Below, piece after piece: positions 30,137 to 39,605 of a stretch of DNA of 64,000 nucleotides. The DNA comes from Candidatus Latescibacterota bacterium. GTDB lineage: Bacteria; Latescibacterota; UBA2968; GCA-2709665. Position 1 is the stretch's first letter. Every line of letters begins with the position of its first letter. The stretch spans positions 448,001 through 512,000 of the forward strand of contig CBDDDZ010000003.1 of assembly GCA_965226795.1 (NCBI GenBank). The letters are read 5' to 3'. The notes under the pieces are model-generated. The model was not told the origin of the DNA and made no database searches. It saw only the letters and a program-made list of their open reading frames with translations. The position numbers and the translations under genes were made by a program.

Positions 30137-31012
30137 ATGAGCGAAGACACGCGAACCGGGCTTTTGCAGGCTGAAAAAAAACTGGCGCAGCTCGAGAACC
30201 TCCTCGAGCGGATGGGGAGCGCGGTCGTGGCGTTCTCAGGAGGCGTGGACAGCACGTTTCTGGCTGCGGCGGCTCACAGGGCGCTTGGATCGAAAGCACT
30301 GGCGGTGACGGCGGTTTCGGCCAGCTACGCTACCGGCGAACTCGAGAACGCGCAGGCTCTGGCGGCCCGGATCGGAATTTCGATGGAAGTGGTCCACACC
30401 CGGGAAATGCAGAATCCCGACTACGTAAAAAATGAACCCGATCGATGTTATCATTGCAAGACGGCGCTGGCGGACAAGCTGGATGAAGTCCTCGAAAAGT
30501 ATGGGGGACGGTATCGGTTTCTGATTTACGGGGCCATCGCGGACGACGTGGGCGACTTCAGGCCAGGTATGGCGGCGGCCCGAGACCGGGGCGTGCGGGC
30601 GCCGATGGTCGAGGTGGGCTTGACAAAGGAGGAGATTCGGTTGTTATCCAGAACCTGGGGATTGCCCACCTGGGATCAACCGGCGTCTGCGTGTCTGTCA
30701 TCCCGAATTTCCTATGGAACGCCCGTGACGGTGGAAGCGCTGTCGATGGTTGACCGGGCCGAGGCTTTTCTCAAAACGCTGGGTTTCAGCCTGGTCCGGG
30801 TGAGGCACCATGACGATATCGCCCGCATTGAAGTTCCTCCGGGGGAGATCGCCCGATTCTTCCTGGAAGGACTCGTCGACCGGGTTGTGGCGCACTTGAA
30901 GGAAATCGGATATCGGTTCGTCACGGTGGATATGCAGGGATACCGAAGCGGGAGTCTGAACGAAACGTTACTGAATATTGCGGGGCAGGTAGTCGTCACG
31001 GCTGAAGAGTGA
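30137..31012 (+). CDS. larE: LarE ATP-dependent sulfur transferase (PP-loop)
   Basis: AFSGGVDS, RCYHCK, DFRPG, ACLSSRI, RVRHH, GYRSGSLN. Confidence 0.92.
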   Translation: MSEDTRTGLLQAEKKLAQLENLLERMGSAVVAFSGGVDSTFLAAAAHRALGSKALAVTAVSASYATGELENAQALAARIGISMEVVHTREMQNPDYVKNEPDRCYHCKTALADKLDEVLEKYGGRYRFLIYGAIADDVGDFRPGMAAARDRGVRAPMVEVGLTKEEIRLLSRTWGLPTWDQPASACLSSRISYGTPVTVEALSMVDRAEAFLKTLGFSLVRVRHHDDIARIEVPPGEIARFFLEGLVDRVVAHLKEIGYRFVTVDMQGYRSGSLNETLLNIAGQVVVTAEE

Positions 31013-31034
31013 CAATGTACACGGAACCTGAACA

Positions 31035-31628
31035 ATGGCATTGCTTGAGATAAAGAGATTCGGCTGCCCGACACTCAGAAAGAAGGCGCGGCCGGTTGAA
31101 GCGATTACGCAGGAGGTTCGGACCCTCGTGGACGATATGTTCGAGACGATGTATGCGGCGGAGGGGATAGGGCTCGCGGCGCCCCAGGTCGGTGTAAGCC
31201 TGCGTGTGGTGGTTCTGGACGTGAGCCCCGGCGGTCCGGAGTGCGAAGCGACGGTATTAATCAATCCGGAATTGAGTGAGGCTGAGGGCGAGGTCGTGGG
31301 CGAAGAGGGATGTCTGAGCATGCCGGGGGTTGTGGGAGATGTAAGTCGCCGGGCGCAGGTCCGGGTAGATGCCCTGGACCGGGACGGCAACGTTGTCAGC
31401 GGTGTGATGACGGATATTGCGGCCCGCGCGGTTCAGCACGAAGTCGATCATCTGAACGGCGTTCTGGTCACGGATCATTTCAGCGCAATCAAACGGAATC
31501 TCCTGCGCAGCCAACTCGTCGCATTGAAACGACAAGGCAGCCGCCAGAAGCAAGGGCTGACATACCTGGACGCAATTCGCTCGTCACGCGCGGGCGGCGG
31601 CCCGGGTGAAGCGAAGGCCGGGCCATGA
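31035..31628 (+). CDS. def: Peptide deformylase
   Basis: GIGLAAPQVG, EGCLS, QHEVDHLNG. Confidence 0.97.
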   Translation: MALLEIKRFGCPTLRKKARPVEAITQEVRTLVDDMFETMYAAEGIGLAAPQVGVSLRVVVLDVSPGGPECEATVLINPELSEAEGEVVGEEGCLSMPGVVGDVSRRAQVRVDALDRDGNVVSGVMTDIAARAVQHEVDHLNGVLVTDHFSAIKRNLLRSQLVALKRQGSRQKQGLTYLDAIRSSRAGGGPGEAKAGP

Positions 31629-32455
31629 ACCAGCGTATCGACCTGCATCTGCACTCGACGTGCTCCGACGGGACATTCACGCCTCGGGAAGTGGTACGCC
31701 GGGCCGCAGACGCCGGACTCAGCGTGATTAGTTTGACCGATCACGACTCGACCGAGGGTGTTGCGGCGGCGCAAGAGGAAGGCGCACGGCTGGGTGTCGA
31801 GGTGGTGCCAGGGACGGAGTTGAGCGCCCAGGCGGACGGAACCGACGTGCATATTCTGGGATACTTCATCGACCCCGATCATCCGGATCTGATCGTTTGT
31901 CTTAACATCTATCGACAGGCAAGGTTGCAGCGGGCGGAACGGGTCGTGAAAAAGCTGAATCGCCTGGGATTGCGGGTGTCCATGGAGAAGGTGCTTGCCA
32001 AAGCGGGTCCCGGTGCGATCGGACGTCCGCATATCGCCGATGCGATGGTGGAAGAGGGCCTGGTTTTTTCGGTCGACGAAGCGTTTCACAGGTACTTGGG
32101 ATACTCGAAACCGGCTTTTGAACGCAAGTACTCTTTGTCGCCGTCTCAGGCTATTCAGGTGATCAGGGCCGCGGGCGGGCTGGCCTGTGTCGCACATCCG
32201 GGGCTTTACCGAAGGGACGATTTGATTCCGGACATGGTTTCCGACGGCCTGGATGGCATCGAGGTCCGGCACACCAAGCATAACGCCTCGCACGTCGCCC
32301 GATATTCGATGATTGCAAGGGAGAACAACCTTCTATGCACGGGAGGTTCGGATTGCCATGGCGACGGCAGGGGAGATTCGGTAATTGGAACCGTGGAGGT
32401 ACCGCTGTCCTACGTGGAGGCGATGCGGGAGCGCTTGAAAACCAGAGAAAGCTGA
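31625..32455 (+). CDS. PHP-domain phosphoesterase (YciV/TrpH-like)
   Basis: DLHLHSTCSDG, LTDHD, HILGY, GRPH, AHP, GGSDCHG. Confidence 0.92.
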   Translation: MNQRIDLHLHSTCSDGTFTPREVVRRAADAGLSVISLTDHDSTEGVAAAQEEGARLGVEVVPGTELSAQADGTDVHILGYFIDPDHPDLIVCLNIYRQARLQRAERVVKKLNRLGLRVSMEKVLAKAGPGAIGRPHIADAMVEEGLVFSVDEAFHRYLGYSKPAFERKYSLSPSQAIQVIRAAGGLACVAHPGLYRRDDLIPDMVSDGLDGIEVRHTKHNASHVARYSMIARENNLLCTGGSDCHGDGRGDSVIGTVEVPLSYVEAMRERLKTRES

Positions 32456-32544
32456 AAGTTTGCCAGGCAGGATCGAGTGTAACGCGGGCGCCTGGTCCGT
32501 GCATCCCGGGCAAAGCATTTCGTGAGTCTGGATGGGGCGAGCCA

Positions 32545-33525
32545 ATGCGGTCGGGTAGCGCTTTTTTTGACGAAGACCGGTCCGATCTCTATTTTCTGAA
32601 TACCCGTGAGGTGTTGTCGCGGGAGGACATCGATCCGGTCGTGACCATGGAGGTGTTTCCTAACGGGAACGGCACGCTTTGCGGCATGACCGAGGTACTG
32701 GAGAACCTGGAAACGGTGTGGCCTGAGGATGCGTCCGTATGGGCGCTGCGTGAAGGCGCGGCGATGTCGCGGAAGGAAGTGGTGCTCCGGATTCAGGCGC
32801 GTTACAGCAGCTTCGGTATCTTTGAGACCGCATATCTGGGTACGCTTGCCCAGAAAAGCGGCTGGGCAACGGCGGCACGGACATGCGTGGACGCCGCCGC
32901 CGGCATTCCGGTGATCAGCTTTGGCGCGCGCCATGTCCATCCCGCGGTCTCGGATTTCATGGAATATTCGGCCCTGGTTGGAGGATGCTCCGGATGCGCC
33001 ACGCCCGCGGGGGCCCGGTTGGCGGGGCAGGTTGCGACGGGCACGATGCCGCATGCCCTGATGTTGATTATGGGAGACACGTTGACGGCGGCGCAGGCCT
33101 TCGACCGGCACATGCCGGAATCGATCCGGCGGATCGTACTGGTGGATACATTTATGGATGAAGAGGAAGAGAGCGTTCGGTTGGCCAGGGCAATGGAAGG
33201 ACGGCTGCTGGGCGTGCGCCTGGACACACCCTCTGAACTGGGTGGCGTGACGCCCGATCTGGTGGGTCGGGTACGAAACAGGCTGGATCGCTCCGGGCAT
33301 CGGGAGGTGAAGATATACGTGAGCGGCGGGATGACGCCGGAACGCATCCGGGAGTTCGTAGACGCCGGATCCGCGGTGGACGGGTTCGGCGTGGGCAGCG
33401 CAATCAGCGGAGCGCCACCGATCGACTTTACGGCCGACATCAAAGCTGTGGGAGCCCAGTCCGTGGCCAAGCGGGGACGGAGGCCAGGGGTGACGGAGAA
33501 TGCCAGATTGAGTAAAGTGCGTTGA
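32545..33525 (+). CDS. Nicotinate phosphoribosyltransferase (short QAPRTase-fold type)
   Basis: DLYF, SFGARH, GTMPHAL, LVDTF, GVRLDTPS, VSGG, FGVG, KRG. Confidence 0.85.
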   Translation: MRSGSAFFDEDRSDLYFLNTREVLSREDIDPVVTMEVFPNGNGTLCGMTEVLENLETVWPEDASVWALREGAAMSRKEVVLRIQARYSSFGIFETAYLGTLAQKSGWATAARTCVDAAAGIPVISFGARHVHPAVSDFMEYSALVGGCSGCATPAGARLAGQVATGTMPHALMLIMGDTLTAAQAFDRHMPESIRRIVLVDTFMDEEEESVRLARAMEGRLLGVRLDTPSELGGVTPDLVGRVRNRLDRSGHREVKIYVSGGMTPERIREFVDAGSAVDGFGVGSAISGAPPIDFTADIKAVGAQSVAKRGRRPGVTENARLSKVR

Positions 33526-33579
33526 CGGAACATTTCCGCCGCCAGCGGATGTTCCAACGACAGGGGATGGAGAAGGTAG

Positions 33580-33834
33580 ATGGAGGTCAAGGTCTTGTTT
33601 TTTGCGTCGTGCAGGGATCTTGTTGGAACACGGGAGGCATCGATATCGCTGCCCGAGCGTTCCTCGGTGGCCGACCTGCTGGCGCGGCTAGCGGCGGATC
33701 ATCCCCGGTTTCGGGAAATGGAAGGCAGTTTGATGGTGTCGGTCAACCAGGCGTACGTGGACAGGTCACAGAGGCTTAATGATGGGGACGAGGTGGCGTT
33801 AATCCCGCCGGTAAGCGGGGGAAGCACAGGCTGA
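33580..33834 (+). CDS. moaD: MoaD/ThiS sulfur carrier with C-terminal extension (..PPVSGG-STG)
   Basis: VKVLFFA, VSVNQAY, DGDEVALIPPVSGG. Confidence 0.9.
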   Translation: MEVKVLFFASCRDLVGTREASISLPERSSVADLLARLAADHPRFREMEGSLMVSVNQAYVDRSQRLNDGDEVALIPPVSGGSTG

Positions 33835-33875
33835 CGGCGTTGCAAAAGGCAAATCGCAGGAGGGGGGAAGATCGC

Positions 33876-34328
33876 ATGTCCGGTGATCTTTACCGTATCC
33901 AGGAAGACCCAATACCGGCCGACGCGCTGCACGACGCTGTGCTGAGAGATTCGGATGGCGCGGTGGCGACCTTCGCCGGGGTAGTGCGAGACCATGCGAT
34001 GGGCCGCCGGACCAGATATCTGGTTTACGATGCATATAAAGAGATGGCCGAGAAGAAGATGAAGGAGATTGGACAGGAGGTGAAGGTGAAGTGGGACGTG
34101 GACCGGGTGGGCATGCTGCACCGGGTGGGGCGACTGGAAATCGGCGAGACCAGTGTCTTGATTGCAATTTCCGCGCCGCACCGGAAAGCGGCCCTGGAAG
34201 CGTGTCACTACGCGATCGATCGACTGAAGGAAACGGTGCCCATCTGGAAAAAGGAAGTGTGGACGGACGGAGAGGAGTGGATCGAGGGCGATCCGTCTGC
34301 GCCGCATCCGGCCGCGGTCAGCAGATAG
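33876..34328 (+). CDS. moaE: Molybdopterin synthase catalytic subunit
   Basis: GAVATFAGVVRD, HRVGRL, APHR, LKETVPIWKKE. Confidence 0.95.
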   Translation: MSGDLYRIQEDPIPADALHDAVLRDSDGAVATFAGVVRDHAMGRRTRYLVYDAYKEMAEKKMKEIGQEVKVKWDVDRVGMLHRVGRLEIGETSVLIAISAPHRKAALEACHYAIDRLKETVPIWKKEVWTDGEEWIEGDPSAPHPAAVSR

Positions 34329-34678
34329 CGGTCAGCAGTCAGCCGACAAAGCCTGGCGGCGGCCTGCTTAGATCGCGGGCGTTCACAAACCTTCTTGCTG
34401 AACGGATTAGCGCGGAAAAGCCCCTCCGCCACCACCGGGCGGGAGGTAGACTGCAAGAAACCGCCGGGATTAGCGTGGTGCCGCTCTCAGCTGTCTGCTA
34501 AACGCTGACGCCCTACCCCGGGAGCGAGGGCTTCCAGCCCTCGCAGCGCCGTCGTTGCATTTGTAGGGGCAACTCTAAGAGTTGCCCACGTCATGGCGTG
34601 TATATCGATGGTCGACGTCGCCGGTTCGTATTGCTAGCCGGTTCAAGCTGACAGCTATAAGCTGATGGCTGAACGCTA
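34326..34678. repeat. Composite repeat element with imperfect terminal IRs and internal REP-like hairpins
   Basis: TAGCGGTCAGCAGTCAGC vs rc of GCTGATGGCTGAACGCTA; internal GCGAGGGC-ttcca-GCCCTCGC and GTAG-GGGCAACTC-taa-GAGTTGCCC. Confidence 0.6.
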
Positions 34679-34789
34679 TTCTCGCCGGAGGCAGGGAATT
34701 TGGGGAGGGGTCGTGAATTTGGAGTCTGTCTGTCTTTCCATTTTATTCACCATTTCTTAGGTCTACACTAGCAATTTCAGGTGTAATCC

Positions 34790-35677
34790 ATGCGCCCGAA
34801 CAGGTATCACCTTTTTGCCCGGATCCACTCCCGGTGCCTTTGGCATCTGCTGGGCATCACGCTGTTTGTTCTGGTCGCGTCTGCCGCGGTGGAGATCACG
34901 GCGTCGGACTCGAGCGCGCTCCGGACGGCATCCGGTGACAGTATCGTCACATCCCCTGCGGATTCGACCCTGGCGACGAGCCCACGGCGATACACGTACC
35001 GCGTAAAACAGACGTATCCGCACGATCCCGGCGCATTTACCCAGGGGCTTGTATATGAAGACGGGTTTTTTTTCGAGGGAACGGGGCTTTACGGGCGGTC
35101 GTCGTTGCGCAAGGTCGTTCCCGAGACCGGTGAGGTTACGCGGATGCATCCGCTGGAATCCCGGTATTTTGGCGAAGGGATTACGATTTTCGGAAATCGC
35201 ATCATTCAGTTGACCTGGGTTTCCCGGACCGGATTTGTCTACGATAAGGAACGGTTCGAACGCTTGCGGTCGTTCACCTATTCCACCTCGGGATGGGGGA
35301 TTACGCACGACGGTCGCCGGTTGATCATGAGCGATGGGACTCCGACGCTGTATTTTAGAGATACCGAGACGTTTGAGGAGGTGGGGCGGGTGGAGGTCCG
35401 GGACGATATGGGGCCGGTGACCCGGCTGAATGAACTGGAATACGTAGAAGGCGAAGTCTACGCCAATGTCTGGGACACGGACTTGATCGCCAGGATCGAC
35501 CCCGAGTCCGGAAGGGTCGTGGGCTGGATCGACCTGACCGGGTTGTTGGCCGGGCGGGAACGGCTTGGCGCGGATGCCGCGTTGAACGGAATCGCTTACG
35601 ATTCATACGGTAAGCGCCTGTTCGTGACCGGGAAACGATGGCCGAAGCTATTCGAAATTGAAACGGTGCCCAGATAA
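34790..35677 (+). CDS. Glutaminyl-peptide cyclotransferase (type I QC), exported
   Basis: YPHDPGAFTQGL, FGEGIT, LTW, GWG, SDG, LNELEY, YANVW, LNGIAYD, TGKRWP. Confidence 0.92.
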   Translation: MRPNRYHLFARIHSRCLWHLLGITLFVLVASAAVEITASDSSALRTASGDSIVTSPADSTLATSPRRYTYRVKQTYPHDPGAFTQGLVYEDGFFFEGTGLYGRSSLRKVVPETGEVTRMHPLESRYFGEGITIFGNRIIQLTWVSRTGFVYDKERFERLRSFTYSTSGWGITHDGRRLIMSDGTPTLYFRDTETFEEVGRVEVRDDMGPVTRLNELEYVEGEVYANVWDTDLIARIDPESGRVVGWIDLTGLLAGRERLGADAALNGIAYDSYGKRLFVTGKRWPKLFEIETVPR

Positions 35678-35751
35678 AGACGTAAGAGTCGTTCGGGACG
35701 TGGGCCCCTAGGCCCTGTGGGAGATGTCAGAGGCACGGTGAAAGCCGTGCC

Positions 35752-37140
35752 TTATCTGTTATGGCGCCATTTCAGCAGCGTGCCAATGTCCATCAGAAAG
35801 GCGTGGTCTGATTCTTCACTTCCGGTGGGATTCTTGAGGGACTCGATCCTGGCCGTGGTGGAACGGCAGAGACCGTTGAGGATATTGGTCGGTACATCCA
35901 GGCGGTTGCGGGTCTTGTAGAAGGCGCGAATGAGTTCGGCCCGAGCGGGGCCCGTGTTGCCCACGGGGTTTCCCTCGTTGTCCAGATGGAAGTCCCGGTC
36001 GTATTCCCAGCCGGTGCAGTAGTCCCCCGACGCAGTTTGCAGGAAGGTGGCGAAGTTGAGGGCTGCGCAGAGCCGGGCCCTGAGCGGCTCGGAAAAGGAA
36101 TGGTCCGCGGGCAGGACGTCGTACAGAGAGGCGAGTCCATTGGCGGTAATGGACTGATAGCCGATATGGAAGTTGTGACCCGGCCACCCGCCGCGGGGAA
36201 GCTGCGCGAAGAAGACGCCGCCTCGGGTACGCCAGATAGCCGTCTCCAGGTATTTGTCTTCACCGGTGAAAGCATACAGCAGGGCGAGAAACCACAGGGC
36301 GAACGCATCGTAATTGTTGTTTCCCGTAAAGGGGCAGGTCATCGTCCAGTCGGCGGCCCTTCGAACGGCGTCGAGGTATTTTTCTTTTCCCGTGACGCGA
36401 TACCCTTCCGCAAGCGCCAGGCCGGCCCAACCCGTATCATAGAAGTTATCGCGCTGGTTCATCATGCCGCCGGGAACGCCTTTGTACCACCAGAGGAAGG
36501 CGCCGTTTGCATCCTGCTCGGCAAGGAGATAGTCCAGGCCGCCCAGAGCCAGCGTCTTGTATTGTTCGTCGCCGAGGGCTTCATAGCCGTAGAGATACCC
36601 GAGGGTGATATTGGCGGGCCAGCGGTACGCAGGTTTTTCCGCATCCGGACTCCTGCCCCAACCGCCGTCCGGGTTGCGGTACACTTCACATGCGGTATGC
36701 GCCGTGTGGAACGCCGCCGCGAGCGTATCCGGGTCAACGGGTTCAAAGGTACAGGAAGCGTCGATGATGCAGTCCCGAGGCGCAACCGGGAAGCCGTCGG
36801 GCAGGCGGCTACCGGGCGCGACAACCTCAAAGGATTCGGTGGCGATGGCCCTGGTATTTTGTAATTCTGACAGAACCTGCGCGGTGACGAGATATGCGCC
36901 CGGCGGAAAATCGGGTTCCAGGTCGCAATGAAAGGGGAGCACGGTGTGACCGCCCTCGAGGTCCCGGTCTACATCGCGGAATGAGAGCCGCGTGGCGCCA
37001 AGAGGATCGTTCACCGCAAATCGGATCCCGATCGTCTGCGCGTCCAGCCCGATGACATGAAGATCTATTGAGATCCGCTGGCCGGGAACGAAGCCGACGC
37101 TTTTGTCCGGGATGGATATGAGGAGATGGGGTTCGGGCAT
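35752..37140 (-). CDS. Hypothetical: beta-rich N-domain plus (alpha/alpha)-barrel with prenyltransferase/six-hairpin-like repeats
   Basis: Repeats NPDGGW, LLAEQDANGAF, AQLPRGGW, LQTASGDY; YRVTGKEKYL/FTGEDKYL helices. Confidence 0.6.
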   Translation of the reverse strand: MPEPHLLISIPDKSVGFVPGQRISIDLHVIGLDAQTIGIRFAVNDPLGATRLSFRDVDRDLEGGHTVLPFHCDLEPDFPPGAYLVTAQVLSELQNTRAIATESFEVVAPGSRLPDGFPVAPRDCIIDASCTFEPVDPDTLAAAFHTAHTACEVYRNPDGGWGRSPDAEKPAYRWPANITLGYLYGYEALGDEQYKTLALGGLDYLLAEQDANGAFLWWYKGVPGGMMNQRDNFYDTGWAGLALAEGYRVTGKEKYLDAVRRAADWTMTCPFTGNNNYDAFALWFLALLYAFTGEDKYLETAIWRTRGGVFFAQLPRGGWPGHNFHIGYQSITANGLASLYDVLPADHSFSEPLRARLCAALNFATFLQTASGDYCTGWEYDRDFHLDNEGNPVGNTGPARAELIRAFYKTRNRLDVPTNILNGLCRSTTARIESLKNPTGSEESDHAFLMDIGTLLKWRHNR

Positions 37141-37230
37141 TTCGGAAACTCCGTTTCGGGCGCACCGGGCCCGGACGACAAGGGCACCGCCTCCCGTGCG
37201 ACCGCCAGGCGCCTCGACGGGTCTTGACCG

Positions 37231-38907
37231 TTACGTTGCCGGAATAACCGGCAGGACAATGTGGGACGGATATTCTTTTGAGTGATGGACGGTCTGATGG
37301 GCCTGGCGCATTTCGGTTTCGCTTCCCAGGGCGCGGCCCGTGTTGAGATTGCGGTCGAACCGGGGAAAGTTCGACGACGAGATCTCGAGGCGGATGCTGT
37401 GGCCTTTCCTGAAGACGTTTCCCGTGACGCCCAGGTCGATTTCATATGTGTAGACGCCGCCGGGTTTGAGCAGGGATGGGCTGGTAAGGCTCTCTCGAAA
37501 CCGGGCTCTCAGGATGCCGTCGCAGAGGTTCATGGCGTACCCCGTGGGTGACACGTCCACCAGTTTGGCGGTCCAGTCCGTGTCCGTGCAGTCGGTGGCG
37601 GCGTAAAGGATGGCCTTGACGGGTCCCGTGACTTCCAGGTCTGTTTCCAGGCGGTCGCTGGTATAACAGAGCACGTCGCTGCGCATTTCCACCGGGCGCT
37701 GGTCCTGCGGCCCCCAGGGGACGATATGAGGGGAGCAGCAGTTGTTACCGCCCATGGTCGGCGCGGGGTAGCGCGGATCATAGGTGTAGTGATCGGGGTG
37801 TTCCTGGCCTGGCGGATCGATCGAGAGGCAGCCTTCGCCAAGCAGCGCGTTGGCGTTGCCGGCTGAGTGCAGGTGCCATTTTTGCCACTGGGTTCGCGCC
37901 AGGGGCCATTCGTGTTCGTCGCGCCACCGGTTGACCCCCATGATGAACAGCCTCAAGGGCGGTTCGTCCACGATGCCGTTGTCGATGCCTTTGAGCCAGT
38001 AGTCGAACCAGCGCTGTTCGAGGCTTTCGAGGTCGACCATGGAAGCCGCCCCGAAATCGACGTCGCCGGTTTTTGGCGACGTACTGAGGGCGTGCGGCCA
38101 AGGCCCGACGATGAGTTTGCTCTTATTTGCCGCTTCCGACCCTCCGTTCTGGCGAAGGCCGTTGTAGTTGCTGAAGGTCTGGGCGGCATAGAGGTCGTAC
38201 CAACCGCCCATATTGAACGCGGGGGCGATAATTTCGCCCCATCTGGTTTCGTCGTTGAATTCTTCCCAGTAGTCGTCGTAAGCGGCGTGTTCGACCCAGT
38301 CTTTCCAGAAATCGACGTCGCGGCCCGCATGTTCGTCCATTTTGTTGAGAGGCAGCGCACGGAAGGCTTCGGTCCAGTTGTGATATTCAATGGTCTGGCC
38401 GGTGCGTGCGTTGGTGCGCATGCCCCAGGTAAGCATGACGTTGAGCTGGAAGGCGCCGCCGGGGTGGACGAGGCCGGTGTAGTAGTCGGTGCAGATGACC
38501 CGGGGCGTCATGCATTTGAGGTATCGACTCCGGTACGGCGCGCTGCGCCACTGGACGGCGCCGCCGTAGGAACCGCCGGCCATCCCGATGTTGCCGCTGC
38601 ACCAGTCCTGTTCCCCGATCCACTCCTGGGTGTCGTACCCGTCTTCACCTTCCCGAAACGCGTAATAGGTGCCTTCGGAGTCCCACCGCCCGCGGCAATC
38701 CTGTAGGACGCAGGCGTATCCGTTATTGGCCAGCCGCCTGGCTTTCTCGACCATTCCATCGGCGTTATTGCTATAGGGCGTGCGCATGAGGACCGTGGGG
38801 AATCTCCCATGTGCGCGAGGAAGATAGATGTCCGCTGAAAGGTTGATCCCGTCGCGCATAGGGACCTTCACGTCCAGTTGCATGTCAACGTCGTAGTTCG
38901 GCAGCAT
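37231..38907 (-). CDS. CocE/NonD family serine hydrolase
   Basis: VPMRDG, RTPY, DCRGRWDSEG, GGSYGG nucleophile, GGWYD, GPWPH, SSSNFPRFDRN. Confidence 0.95.
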   Translation of the reverse strand: MLPNYDVDMQLDVKVPMRDGINLSADIYLPRAHGRFPTVLMRTPYSNNADGMVEKARRLANNGYACVLQDCRGRWDSEGTYYAFREGEDGYDTQEWIGEQDWCSGNIGMAGGSYGGAVQWRSAPYRSRYLKCMTPRVICTDYYTGLVHPGGAFQLNVMLTWGMRTNARTGQTIEYHNWTEAFRALPLNKMDEHAGRDVDFWKDWVEHAAYDDYWEEFNDETRWGEIIAPAFNMGGWYDLYAAQTFSNYNGLRQNGGSEAANKSKLIVGPWPHALSTSPKTGDVDFGAASMVDLESLEQRWFDYWLKGIDNGIVDEPPLRLFIMGVNRWRDEHEWPLARTQWQKWHLHSAGNANALLGEGCLSIDPPGQEHPDHYTYDPRYPAPTMGGNNCCSPHIVPWGPQDQRPVEMRSDVLCYTSDRLETDLEVTGPVKAILYAATDCTDTDWTAKLVDVSPTGYAMNLCDGILRARFRESLTSPSLLKPGGVYTYEIDLGVTGNVFRKGHSIRLEISSSNFPRFDRNLNTGRALGSETEMRQAHQTVHHSKEYPSHIVLPVIPAT

Positions 38908-39001
38908 TGAAATCTCCAGGCCAGATATTACCGGTTAACAGTTCCCTGAGTGTTGCGACTCCAATTTCAACATACGCCCACCCAGGGAAAAGCGATTTCA
39001 A

Positions 39002-39605
39002 CTATAGGCTGGATGCTCGGGTTTGGAGTCTCCATTCCTGAAATGTGTTGCGCAGAGCCTCGACGAATCGCCGAAAAGATCGGTCCGATCGTGCTACGCG
39101 GTTGATGTCTATGTGCTGTACGATGTCTTCCGCGTATTCAATACCCCCAAGTCTGGGAATCGTCCCCGTGTCACGAATGGCCTCAATCAAGCGCTGCTTA
39201 TATCGTCTTCGATCACATTTCTGATCGGGTGCATCGCACCCCATTCCAAACACGGCCTTGAATGCCGGTCCATCGAGTAGAAGCCAACGCTCGATATGCG
39301 GATCGGGAATGGCATGGATCATTGTTGCGGGTTCTCCTCGGGCGATAATCTCCCGCATTCGCTCGTTAAGTCCTTTGCAGTTGGCGTCTGTAGCGACGAC
39401 GATCACATCGGGTCGTGGGTTCCCTTGCCGTATAAGGTCACGTATATAGTTGTTGTATTCGGTAATGACTCTCCCGTAGCCGCCTACTGCGCTCCGCCAG
39501 TCCCAGATGCACATCGATGTTGTATTCGCCGGCGACCCTGCTGACGAGGGCGCCTATGACAAGCTGATGTGCGTAGTCCTCGGCAAAAAGCGCGATTTCA
39601 CGCAT
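39002..39605 (-). pseudogene. DUF4276/RloB-like TOPRIM-fold protein, +1 frameshift near 39503
   Basis: MREIALFAEDYAH...EYNIDVHL joins DWRSAVGGYG...ATDANCKG...AIPDPHIERWLLLD if one G is removed; ATG overlaps the ATPase 3' end. Confidence 0.65.
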
